A stretch of 64,000 bases of DNA, taken from a virus. The translations under genes were made by a program, and so were the position numbers. Shown piece after piece: positions 1-8,599 of this stretch. Numbering within the stretch: the first letter of the stretch is position 1; every line of letters starts with the position of its first letter. The notes under the pieces were generated by a model, which was given only the letters and a program-made list of their open reading frames with translations, did not search any database and was not told the origin of the DNA. The stretch is from IMG/VR virus record IMGVR_UViG_3300037454_000906, positions 160,001 to 224,000 of that record; one strand, given 5' to 3'.

Positions 1-282
1 AGACATCCACCTCGACATTGACAAGGACGATAATGGCAAGTGCACCGTAGCACTATGCTCGTTGCGAGACAACGGCGCCAAGAATTTCTGGGACTTTCCG
101 AAACGGGTGTTCATGAAGTACAGGGTGCTTATGAACCTGGTCGCAACGATGAAGGAGTTGTTGTTCAGGCACACCACTTCCGTATAGGGGTTATAGTGCT
201 TGTAGTCCCAGAACGTGCAGAATGCCGGTACCCCCACGAGCAGGATGGCTATTACGATAAAAACGATTGCTTCGACTGTCAT
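1..282 (-). CDS. Hypothetical membrane protein (partial, runs off window start)
   Basis: Read manually: ATG at 282 after GGAG SD; MTVEAIVFIVIAILLVGVPAFC... open to base 1; promoter TTGACA(332-327)-17-TAGTTT(309-304). Confidence 0.65.
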   Translation of the reverse strand, partial: MTVEAIVFIVIAILLVGVPAFCTFWDYKHYNPYTEVVCLNNNSFIVATRFISTLYFMNTRFGKSQKFLAPLSRNEHSATVHLPLSSLSMSRWMS

Positions 283-303
283 AACATTGTCTCCGTTGCC
301 CTA

Positions 304-346
304 AAACTAGCCTTTTGTTGCCATCTTGTCAATACTTTGCTACATT
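304..346. promoter_or_regulatory. Overlapping divergent sigma70-like early promoters
   Basis: + strand TTGCCA(318-323)-17-TACATT(341-346); - strand TTGACA(332-327)-17-TAGTTT(309-304). Confidence 0.65.
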
Positions 347-352
347 TTGAGC

Positions 353-665
353 ATGCGAATTATCGAACCACCATTGGCGAGCATCTGCCAGGACATGATT
401 GACTGTATCGGCAACAAGGATGCCGAACCGGAAATTGTCACATTCTTCTACCGGATGCAGCAGCTGTACTTGAAGGGATGGCGCGAATGCGGTTTCTGCA
501 AGGGAACCGGTAGAATCACGACCGTCTATCCAAACAAGTGGGGAGCCAAGGAAACCGTCGAACACACATGCCTTACATGCAAGGGTCTTGGTTTCTACGA
601 CTTCGACGCGATGGTCAGGGAAGCCGAAGAACGCCGGAAGAAACGATTGGAAGAGGGGGGAATAG
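353..665 (+). CDS. Small protein with DnaJ-type CxxCxGxG zinc finger; natural stop (TAG 663-665) is out of frame by one base in a G6 run
   Basis: CGFCKGTG...CLTCKGLG; ATG 6 nt after the -10; as written the frame reads on to 1318 (see findings). Confidence 0.6.
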
Positions 666-914
666 ATGGAAAGAAGCGAAACCAAGTTCATCATCGTGAA
701 CTACAGGCGCGACCAGGCGGTGCAGAACTGGTCATTCGCCGACAAGAAGCACATCATCTACTGCAACAGTGCCGAATGGGCGATGAAGTTCGCCGACAAG
801 GCTGGCGCCAAGCGCACACTGGACTACCTGAGGAAGAACTTCCCGGGACAGGATCTCAGCATTGTGGAAGCGACATTCTACACAGACGTTACGTTCAAAG
901 AGGTCAAATGCTAG
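666..914 (+). CDS. Hypothetical phage protein (82 aa)
   Basis: ORF with TAGATG junction at start and ATGCTAG overlap with next gene. Confidence 0.7.
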   Translation: MERSETKFIIVNYRRDQAVQNWSFADKKHIIYCNSAEWAMKFADKAGAKRTLDYLRKNFPGQDLSIVEATFYTDVTFKEVKC

Positions 915-1318
915 TATTCTTCGCATTTGTGGGAATCGTCGGCTGTGCCATCGCATTCACCGTTGGCATCGTGCTTCTCGCGAAGTTCATATATGACCGG
1001 TTCATCAACTCATGTCGTCACCGTATCAAGGTAATCGCCAGATATCGCCGTGACTACCCCGATATGCACCTGTACAGCGTGGATCCTACCGATGACATGT
1101 TCGGACCCCCGTTCCTGCATACCGACCCGGACAAGGGGTACAAGTTCCGCGCATACAGCATCTACCATGCTGCCGAACGGTACTTCAAGAGCTACCGCCG
1201 GCGCAACAAGAAAATGTCCGACCACGAGGACAGCGCCAGTCACGAATGCAAACCCATGTGGGCACATCTGCGCCTGAAGGACATGACAACCGGCTTTACA
1301 TATTACCTGGGAAGATAA
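908..1318 (+). CDS. Hypothetical protein with N-terminal TM helix
   Basis: MLVFFAFVGIVGCAIAFTVGIVLLAKF; start overlaps upstream stop. Confidence 0.65.
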   Translation: MLVFFAFVGIVGCAIAFTVGIVLLAKFIYDRFINSCRHRIKVIARYRRDYPDMHLYSVDPTDDMFGPPFLHTDPDKGYKFRAYSIYHAAERYFKSYRRRNKKMSDHEDSASHECKPMWAHLRLKDMTTGFTYYLGR

Positions 1319-1400
1319 CATAGTTGCCAGTTCCACCCCCAAGTTGCTACATTTTGAAAAAGGAAATCAACCGAGGAAACAAGACATAAACGAGGAAACA

Positions 1401-2198
1401 ATGAACAGAAACGCATCAGACCTGAACAGGGCAGTGAACTTCATCAAGAACTGGGAATGCCAGCACGAACATCCCGAGTGGAGGAGCGCACTCGACGAGG
1501 CAAACTGGTACATCGCCAAGGTCACCGACATGGTGGACCGAATCAACGGTGAACGCGAAGCGTTCCATAAGCTCCTCGACTGCGACATCAGTATCAAGAA
1601 CCGCCCGAAGGGTCTCCCCGACCTCCACCGGGTCTACACGCTCGTGAAGAACTCCTCGTTCATCCGTGCAGCAAAGTACAGCAAGATTCGCCGTAAGTAC
1701 ATCAACGTGGTCAAGCTGTTCAAGGGCATCAACCATATCGACGGGCACTTCTTCGAAGCACTCGATCCATCCAAGGCCAATAAAGACCGCAAGTACCACT
1801 ACGAGTCCGAAATCGAGACTACCGGCAAGTGGTACATCCCGCCCACGGAAACCGTCGAGAGCATCAGTAGCCTCTTCCACAAGACCGGCGACCGCGACCT
1901 CCAGGAATACGCGATCAAGTGCGTCAAAAAACACAAAGTATGTCCCGAAGAGGTCGATTTAGAGGATATCGCATTCTTCCGCGGACTGGTGTACTTCGGC
2001 AAGTCCAAGCACGGGCGCCCACTCTTCGCCCTTGTGGAACTCCATGCGGAACCGGGCAAGGCGATCGAGTTCCCCAAGGAATGGCGCATCGTGTACATAC
2101 GTGAATGGCGTAAGAAAAAAACGGCCATTACATCACCGACGGCGAAGGCACATATGCCGGAGCCCAATACTCCATGCCAGGTTAGCTCCGATCGATAG
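1401..2198 (+). CDS. Hypothetical phage protein
   Basis: SD GAGGA before ATG 1401; promoter TTGCCA(1324-1329)-18-TACATT(1348-1353). Confidence 0.75.
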   Translation: MNRNASDLNRAVNFIKNWECQHEHPEWRSALDEANWYIAKVTDMVDRINGEREAFHKLLDCDISIKNRPKGLPDLHRVYTLVKNSSFIRAAKYSKIRRKYINVVKLFKGINHIDGHFFEALDPSKANKDRKYHYESEIETTGKWYIPPTETVESISSLFHKTGDRDLQEYAIKCVKKHKVCPEEVDLEDIAFFRGLVYFGKSKHGRPLFALVELHAEPGKAIEFPKEWRIVYIREWRKKKTAITSPTAKAHMPEPNTPCQVSSDR

Positions 2199-2204
2199 GT
2201 AACT

Positions 2205-2735
2205 ATGGCTATTGAACATGAATATATTGCTAGACGCAACTTGCCGTTATGCGATTTTGCAAAGGACTGCTTCTACGGCAGACGCAAGGCGAAGATTAGC
2301 ATGGGTGACTATCATGATCCTGAAACTAACGAGAAACATATACACGGACAGAATGCGGTCACAATACAGTCGATCGAGAAGGGGCGCTTTGAGACTGATG
2401 GAGAGGTATCACCGAGGATAGACCCGAAAAGGCCGGAAACTTTCGTGCCGATTGAGATAAGCATCCCCTGGAAATACCGGCTCCGGATCCAAATGGCGGA
2501 CAATTCAGTGAACACCGTGTACACGAACGACATGGAGGCCGAATGGCTGCTATACCTCATGTCATCACAGAAAGCCATTGATAGGTATAGGTCCATGGCC
2601 TTTTCCGGAAAGTGGGACGCCGCATTGCTCGAAGTACAGCAGATGTGCAATTCCTTCGTCAACTCGGCAACCAACGTGAGCGCCACCGACTCCCTGGGCA
2701 ACCTCGCCGGCTACCGGGCGGAACCTAAATCTTAA
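2205..2735 (+). CDS. Hypothetical phage protein
   Basis: 176-aa ORF co-oriented, 6 nt after the previous stop. Confidence 0.7.
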   Translation: MAIEHEYIARRNLPLCDFAKDCFYGRRKAKISMGDYHDPETNEKHIHGQNAVTIQSIEKGRFETDGEVSPRIDPKRPETFVPIEISIPWKYRLRIQMADNSVNTVYTNDMEAEWLLYLMSSQKAIDRYRSMAFSGKWDAALLEVQQMCNSFVNSATNVSATDSLGNLAGYRAEPKS

Positions 2736-3090
2736 TTATTGGGGTATTGTGCGTTAGCGGCGCGTGCTTCTTGTCCAGTAGTTCGACCATCTTGTTCATG
2801 GCATCCAGATAGTCGCCTCCTTCGACAAACACGTGTTTGAACTTGGCCACCTCGTCAACCGAGCCAGCCTCGAAAATTGTCGCGAGGCCATTTGGTTCTT
2901 TTATTGAGAAAAGCCGCTTGAACCACGACATGCGACTTAACTTTTCGCCAGTCTTGACGAATCGCACGCAATCGTCGGAGTTGAGCTTTTGGCGAATCCA
3001 CTCGCAGTCCGCTATATTCGACGAAGCGATCACGTGGTAGACATGCCCGTCCGGGTACGCGATTCGCCAATGAATCTGGTTGATTGGCAC
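2725..3090 (-). CDS. Hypothetical phage protein
   Basis: GTG start with GAGG SD; converges on the + block. Confidence 0.65.
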   Translation of the reverse strand: MPINQIHWRIAYPDGHVYHVIASSNIADCEWIRQKLNSDDCVRFVKTGEKLSRMSWFKRLFSIKEPNGLATIFEAGSVDEVAKFKHVFVEGGDYLDAMNKMVELLDKKHAPLTHNTPIIKI

Positions 3091-3129
3091 GGATTCTACC
3101 TCACGTATATATACGGGATATGCGCAAGC

Positions 3130-3768
3130 TCATTCCGGACACGATACCACATTCTCCCCGTCCCCCGTATCCTTGTTGATGCCAAGAAGGTCCATGACGA
3201 CCTTCTTGAACGTGTTGGTTGGATCGACCAGATTTAATTCGCTTTCCACCTCGTCCCATGTGACGAAATTCATGCGCGGGAAAGCAAGGTCGTAATGCTG
3301 GCCGTCACCGAGGTTTAACTTCAATGGGGAAGGCGTCGCCTTCACGACAGCCCCATAGGTGACGAAATTGTCATCGGCTTCCTTATGGAACGTATCGAAC
3401 GCCTTGCCGCTGAACTTCACGACCGGATTCGGCTTGGCGGTGAACTCGACGTTGTCAAAGCGGGCGAAAAGTGAATCCGCTATACGAACGATGCGCCCCT
3501 TGAAGAACTGGGTTAGTTCCTGGGCAAGTTTCGTCCTTACAGCAGGTTCCCGCTCGTTGAGCGAATCATCCACCTTCTGCAACATGCGCAACTTCCACAG
3601 GATGGATTTCTGGAGTGTCATCCCGTAATAGTCGGATTCCATCTGGATAACTTTAGCCAGTTCCTGGTTGCATACGCCATATTGACGTTTCGCCTTGCGC
3701 ACGACCAGTTTTTGCGCAATCTGGTCAGCAAGAACACGAATTTCCTCAGTATATACAATCTTTTCCAT
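3130..3768 (-). CDS. Hypothetical phage protein
   Basis: 212-aa ORF; promoter TTGCAA(3804-3799)-17-TAGATT(3781-3776). Confidence 0.75.
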   Translation of the reverse strand: MEKIVYTEEIRVLADQIAQKLVVRKAKRQYGVCNQELAKVIQMESDYYGMTLQKSILWKLRMLQKVDDSLNEREPAVRTKLAQELTQFFKGRIVRIADSLFARFDNVEFTAKPNPVVKFSGKAFDTFHKEADDNFVTYGAVVKATPSPLKLNLGDGQHYDLAFPRMNFVTWDEVESELNLVDPTNTFKKVVMDLLGINKDTGDGENVVSCPE

Positions 3769-3809
3769 ACCACATAATCTAGTATTTTTTCATGCACGTT
3801 GCAATGGAA

Positions 3810-4202
3810 CTACAAGTTTCCCATGAGTTTTAACAGTATTGCTGTGACCGAAGTCGAAAACAGCACCGCCGCGCCGGCAGCCGGGGGCAGCTTACTCCAT
3901 TGCGTCTTTATGCTCGCTTTCCAATAGATTCGGCGCACATAATGAACCAATAGGGCAAACATTGCCACCGCAAGACATGCCAGCACAATCACTGCCGGGA
4001 CCCAGGGCCATATCCGCCACAGCTCGTACAGCCCGTTGATGAGGATCAGTGCTTCACACCCTACCATGAACACGGTCTTACATGCAACCAAGAATGGATC
4101 ACCGTCAGTCTCATTCTTCCACCAGTCCTTCCTCATCTCGTACACGAATACAGGGGTGAACCCGATAAGTGCAAAGACACTCAGTATCATAAATGGTGTC
4201 AT
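3810..4202 (-). CDS. Small multi-TM membrane protein
   Basis: SD GGAG before ATG 4202; several hydrophobic segments. Confidence 0.7.
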   Translation of the reverse strand: MTPFMILSVFALIGFTPVFVYEMRKDWWKNETDGDPFLVACKTVFMVGCEALILINGLYELWRIWPWVPAVIVLACLAVAMFALLVHYVRRIYWKASIKTQWSKLPPAAGAAVLFSTSVTAILLKLMGNL

Positions 4203-4606
4203 TGTTTCTCCTTTGATGCCTCGTTGGCCTTCTTCATGCATTCGACCACGAATTCCCCAAGACTGTCCTGGATGCCCGCGGCCACCTTGTTGTCCAGTTT
4301 CATTCCCCCGGTGAGATGCCCCCACCCACGGATGTCCAGGCAGAGTTCCGTCCCGTTGACGGAGAAACGGATCTGTGCATCCAGGTCGCTACCCGTATAG
4401 CTCGGGCTATCGAACGTGACCGTGTTCCGGGGCGGGTTTCCGTTCATCACATCCACCAGTGACTCCATGTGCCCCATGTATTCGTCCGAGGACACTTCAT
4501 CGCAGCTTGGCGTGATGACGGTGACTCCATTGGAATCCCACACGATGCCCGGGACCATCGGATCATGGCTGAACGGGGCCTTAAAATACTTCTGCCATTC
4601 AAACAT
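4199..4606 (-). CDS. Hypothetical phage protein
   Basis: ATGA-type overlaps; IRGWGHLTGG motif recurrent in uncharacterised phage proteins. Confidence 0.75.
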   Translation of the reverse strand: MFEWQKYFKAPFSHDPMVPGIVWDSNGVTVITPSCDEVSSDEYMGHMESLVDVMNGNPPRNTVTFDSPSYTGSDLDAQIRFSVNGTELCLDIRGWGHLTGGMKLDNKVAAGIQDSLGEFVVECMKKANEASKEKQ

Positions 4607-4812
4607 CAGATTTCCTTGTCGGTAAGCTCGATGATCGCTTTCCCCTTGCCATCGATAATGATTCTCGCGCTGTGTACCGAAATGGGAACACTGGTTCGCA
4701 TATCAAATGTGGCCGACGGCTTGAATACTATCTCGGCATCATCGAACGAACCGCTGTATCCAAATCGCGTCGATGCATCGTTCATGTACTGCATTAAATC
4801 ACGGTAGTTCAT
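4606..4812 (-). CDS. Hypothetical phage protein (68 aa)
   Basis: 1-nt overlaps on both sides. Confidence 0.7.
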   Translation of the reverse strand: MNYRDLMQYMNDASTRFGYSGSFDDAEIVFKPSATFDMRTSVPISVHSARIIIDGKGKAIIELTDKEI

Positions 4813-5768
4813 TATGTTTCCCCCAGATTGATTTTGATTTTATCTTCCGATGGCGGGGTTCCCAGTTGGGCGCAATCTTCGCCGGCAATTCCGCCCATGA
4901 TCGCATTGAGACAGAGGGGGGCCTTGATGTCATGGAGGACGTTGGCACACCGCTTGCGACGCTCGTTTTCCGGCTTGATCGTGGTATGGTATTTGGTCTT
5001 CCACGTGTCCGGCGTATCGATGGGAATTGACGGGCGATTATAATCCACCGCCGTCGGGCCACCGTACGCACGCACCCTGTACTGCCATATGAGCTCTTCG
5101 CGCCAAGCGTCACGTTCTTCATCGGTAAGCGAAGTCTTGCCCAGGTTCACGTTGCTGATGAATCCGTCCAAGAGTTCCGGGGTGATTTCGAAGCCCGATA
5201 CCGACCAGATACCTTGGATATAGCTTAACTGGATACGGTTGACATACGGTATTGCCCACTCGTACTCCGAGACGACCTTCCTCAATGACTCGACCCTGTC
5301 GCGCCATGCCGCCAGCCGTCTCGCAATGTCGCGCACAAGCATCGGAATGGTATAATAGGATTCGTCATATCTATGCCTTACGACAAAATTCAACTCATCA
5401 GGTATGGAATCGAAGTACGGAGGGGGCGATGGCGGACACGGGCCGTCGATACTGTAGCGATAAGTGGATACAGGGCAGACTAGCTTATGCTCGACGATGT
5501 ATTGGTTTATCTCGTCGAGCTTATTGCTTCTAACAATAATATCGCCGACCCCGATACGTAGATCGATATCGAGCCGCTTATCCCCCAGCACATTGGTCAG
5601 CTGCCGGCTAAGCTCGTCATACAGTAATCTCTCCTTGTAGCAGTAAGTATCTGGAGAATTACGTTCCAACAGCGGATACTGGGTGTCCATAATGGCACCG
5701 ATAGGCATATGGTTGATCTCGTCGATGGTGAGTGGCGCGAGAAATTTTCTGATTAATCTTTTAAGCAT
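4812..5768 (-). CDS. Hypothetical phage protein
   Basis: 318-aa ORF; promoter TTGCCA(5803-5798)-17-TATATT(5780-5775). Confidence 0.75.
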   Translation of the reverse strand: MLKRLIRKFLAPLTIDEINHMPIGAIMDTQYPLLERNSPDTYCYKERLLYDELSRQLTNVLGDKRLDIDLRIGVGDIIVRSNKLDEINQYIVEHKLVCPVSTYRYSIDGPCPPSPPPYFDSIPDELNFVVRHRYDESYYTIPMLVRDIARRLAAWRDRVESLRKVVSEYEWAIPYVNRIQLSYIQGIWSVSGFEITPELLDGFISNVNLGKTSLTDEERDAWREELIWQYRVRAYGGPTAVDYNRPSIPIDTPDTWKTKYHTTIKPENERRKRCANVLHDIKAPLCLNAIMGGIAGEDCAQLGTPPSEDKIKINLGET

Positions 5769-5822
5769 GTACCAAATATAGCAACATGGCTACCGCATGG
5801 CAACATGGTGTAGTTTTAGGAC

Positions 5823-6407
5823 ATGAAGATGCATATGAAATATAGGTGTGTATTCCCGGGATGCGGATATGAGACTGACGAGCGCTCCCTCATCGAAATC
5901 CATCACGTGAACCCAAGGGAACTTAAACGGAAGCTGAATAAAGACTTGGAGCTACCATTCTGCCCGACTCACCACAAGCTGATATTCCATCCCGAGTCGG
6001 GTTCCGGGCAGCACTCCATCGCCCATGGCAACTCGCTGTCCGTGGTCCAGGTGGCCAATACAACCACCGGGAAAGCGGTCATATTCAAGGACATGCAGGG
6101 GAGGGAGATAACCGTATGCATTGACACTCGGGTGCCAAAGGCGGATGCCATTTACGAGATCGGGTGGGACATCCTAAAGGGAATACAGGAATCCGAGCCG
6201 CCCGAAATCGATTCCTACGTGGAAACCCAGGTTGACGCCAAGGGGTATTGCCAGGTCGGGTGCAAGGTATTCTTCTCCCCCGGGAACCGCCACGTGGCAC
6301 GGGACTTGCTGAAACAATATATCACCCAGTACATGATCAGGGCAAAAAACGAATATGAGGGTGCCTTGGCCAAGGCCAGGGCCGACTATAGGTCCCTCAT
6401 GGATTAA
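5823..6407 (+). CDS. HNH-family endonuclease-like protein
   Basis: CVFPGC...IEIHHVNP...LPFCPTHH zinc/HNH pattern; lone + strand gene. Confidence 0.65.
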   Translation: MKMHMKYRCVFPGCGYETDERSLIEIHHVNPRELKRKLNKDLELPFCPTHHKLIFHPESGSGQHSIAHGNSLSVVQVANTTTGKAVIFKDMQGREITVCIDTRVPKADAIYEIGWDILKGIQESEPPEIDSYVETQVDAKGYCQVGCKVFFSPGNRHVARDLLKQYITQYMIRAKNEYEGALAKARADYRSLMD

Positions 6408-6413
6408 GATTGG

Positions 6414-6638
6414 CTAGTGGAATATGATTATACCGATTGCTACCAGTATGGGCGGAAGACCGAGCACGGTGAGCTGGAACACCCATTCGGAGCGGGGCTT
6501 AACGGGCTTGATTTTGCCGGTCCATGTCCGTCGCCACCCACGGTTCACCTTGCAATCACCGATGCCGTTGATGAACGCGAGAGCGCATGCACCGATGTAC
6601 ACGAAGAACGAAACCAGACAATACAAGAACATACTCAT
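6414..6638 (-). CDS. Small membrane protein
   Basis: Two hydrophobic helices. Confidence 0.65.
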   Translation of the reverse strand: MSMFLYCLVSFFVYIGACALAFINGIGDCKVNRGWRRTWTGKIKPVKPRSEWVFQLTVLGLPPILVAIGIIIFH

Positions 6639-6642
6639 ACAC

Positions 6643-6768
6643 TTATCCGTTCAACGGGGGCGCGATGCAATTGAATATGATTGTCGCTGTCCCAAATCCC
6701 ATCATCAACCCGACAATAAACGTCCACATCGCCATGTCATCTACAATGATTTTCTTCAGCAATTTCAT
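6643..6768 (-). CDS. Small membrane peptide (41 aa)
   Basis: SD AGGAG, MKLLKKIIVDDMAMWTFIVGLMMGFGTATIIF; overlaps upstream stop. Confidence 0.6.
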   Translation of the reverse strand: MKLLKKIIVDDMAMWTFIVGLMMGFGTATIIFNCIAPPLNG

Positions 6769-7241
6769 GGTTTCTCCTTTTGATTTAACCTGTATATGAC
6801 CCGATCCATGAATTTCATCATGAGATGGTGGGCACCTGGTCCCCACAGGACGGTGACCACCATCATCACAATGAACTGTACCATGCCCGGTCTGTAGTCG
6901 GTGAAGTAGCAGTAAAGTGCACTTGCGAGCACCGGCAGGAGGCAGCCCCCGAGATATGGGATTACCAACAATGCCATCCCGGCGCCCTTCAGGAAGGACA
7001 TGTAGTAATCTCCCCACCTGCTGCGGTATTCATATTTAAACCGGGGGTATAGTGGGATAGGCGCCCAGAGAATACTCGTCACCACCGTTATGGCCACGGC
7101 GATGGTGGATATGTCAGTGTCCCGGGTGGCAACCTTGTAGACCAGGATAATGACCGAGGGGAGCACCACGGTGAGAGCCATGAAGATTGTCTTGATCCAT
7201 CCCCACACGGTTTCAATCACTGATAAGTATGTTTCTAGCAT
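6765..7241 (-). CDS. Multi-TM membrane protein
   Basis: SD GGAGG; about four hydrophobic segments. Confidence 0.7.
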   Translation of the reverse strand: MLETYLSVIETVWGWIKTIFMALTVVLPSVIILVYKVATRDTDISTIAVAITVVTSILWAPIPLYPRFKYEYRSRWGDYYMSFLKGAGMALLVIPYLGGCLLPVLASALYCYFTDYRPGMVQFIVMMVVTVLWGPGAHHLMMKFMDRVIYRLNQKEKP

Positions 7242-7292
7242 GTTTCCTCCGTCTTTAAAATTAGGATATGTCCACCCAAAGTGTTGCTAGTT

Positions 7293-7787
7293 TTAATGCC
7301 CCTGTTCCGGGAGATCCGTTAGCCGGTCGAACTCGCTTATGACGTGCTTATAGGCAATCCGGCAGTATGTCATGAGCTGTTCCTTGTCGGCCACCGGTAT
7401 GTTCTTCTTGACTGATACGCCTCGCATCCACACCGGTGATATAGTTCTGGATTCCTTGAATTCATTTGATTTCATAATCTCCGGTACGGCATAGTTAGAC
7501 ATGTCGTTGAAGTTCGGTGATACAATGATTCCGGAGAAATGGCGGCAATGTGGGTCTTCGGATGCGATAGTGTACAAGGAGTACGCCTCAGGCGTGAGTT
7601 CGCACTTGTTTCCGTTCGGACTTATAACGGTCATGCAGTGCTTCGTCAGAAAGTTGAACTCGAACGCGTTGTAGTTGTAGCATATGGTATGGCGGAACCC
7701 GGTGGACAGAGTCAACTCGTCCGCACCGTATTTTCTCGCTCGCTCAGTAACGAGGTCATATAGTTCTTCTGCTGATTCTATGTGCAT
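7293..7787 (-). CDS. Hypothetical phage protein
   Basis: SD AAGGAG; 164 aa. Confidence 0.7.
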   Translation of the reverse strand: MHIESAEELYDLVTERARKYGADELTLSTGFRHTICYNYNAFEFNFLTKHCMTVISPNGNKCELTPEAYSLYTIASEDPHCRHFSGIIVSPNFNDMSNYAVPEIMKSNEFKESRTISPVWMRGVSVKKNIPVADKEQLMTYCRIAYKHVISEFDRLTDLPEQGH

Positions 7788-7840
7788 GAAACACTCCTTT
7801 CTGGGTAAGAAACTACATGGTTTTTTGCCAGTTTGCTGGC

Positions 7841-8044
7841 TCAGTGGTCCCGGTACCCGTGCTTCCGGCAGATTTCCTTGACTGCATTTTCGATCTCCTG
7901 GGCGGTTGCCAAGTCCATGCCGTGGATGTCTTCGAGGAAACCGATGCCGATTTCGTCGAAGCAGGTATGTTCAGGGCAGTAATCTTCGCCATCCCCGTAT
8001 TTTTCGATGGCGCATCGTTCGAGTTCTTCACGATCGTTGCGCAT
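7841..8044 (-). CDS. Hypothetical phage protein
   Basis: SD GGAG before ATG 8044. Confidence 0.65.
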   Translation of the reverse strand: MRNDREELERCAIEKYGDGEDYCPEHTCFDEIGIGFLEDIHGMDLATAQEIENAVKEICRKHGYRDH

Positions 8045-8183
8045 TTGCTTCTCCAAAAAACAAAAATTTAAACCAAAAAATTTTAGCGGGTTTAATTCCT
8101 CGTTTTGAAAACACCGTTAAACTTAATTCCTTGGAGTTTTCATCAAGGGCTGTTGCAGTCCTCCTTAAACCAAACGAATCAAT

Positions 8184-8486
8184 TTAGGCCTTCTTGGTTT
8201 CACCCTCCATTTCACCCCAGTTTCCAAACTCGATTACATCCTTTACCGCCGAATCAATATCGTTGACAGACTTGGTTGCAACCAATTCATCCTCATCGTT
8301 ATAACGCTCTAACATCTGCTCTGTGTCATCAAATATAAGACTACCATCTTCACCATAGACAACACATCGTGGCACATCGTTGATTACGATGGTCTCTATT
8401 TCTATGTTAACTTCATCTGCGGCATATGCAGGGTTATTCTTGATAGCGGATTCAAATTCTTCTTTACTTACCATACTTAGCTTCAC
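8184..8486 (-). CDS. Hypothetical acidic protein
   Basis: 100-aa ORF in an AT-richer stretch; start uncertain. Confidence 0.65.
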   Translation of the reverse strand: MKLSMVSKEEFESAIKNNPAYAADEVNIEIETIVINDVPRCVVYGEDGSLIFDDTEQMLERYNDEDELVATKSVNDIDSAVKDVIEFGNWGEMEGETKKA

Positions 8487-8599
8487 ATTACTTGAAAAGT
8501 TTCCGTTTTGGTTTTATCCCTCATTAAATTTGTCGGCAAGTGCAAGCCAACGCTTGTGCCACTTTCCGTTTTAATTCCTCGTTCCGGAAACCGAATAAT

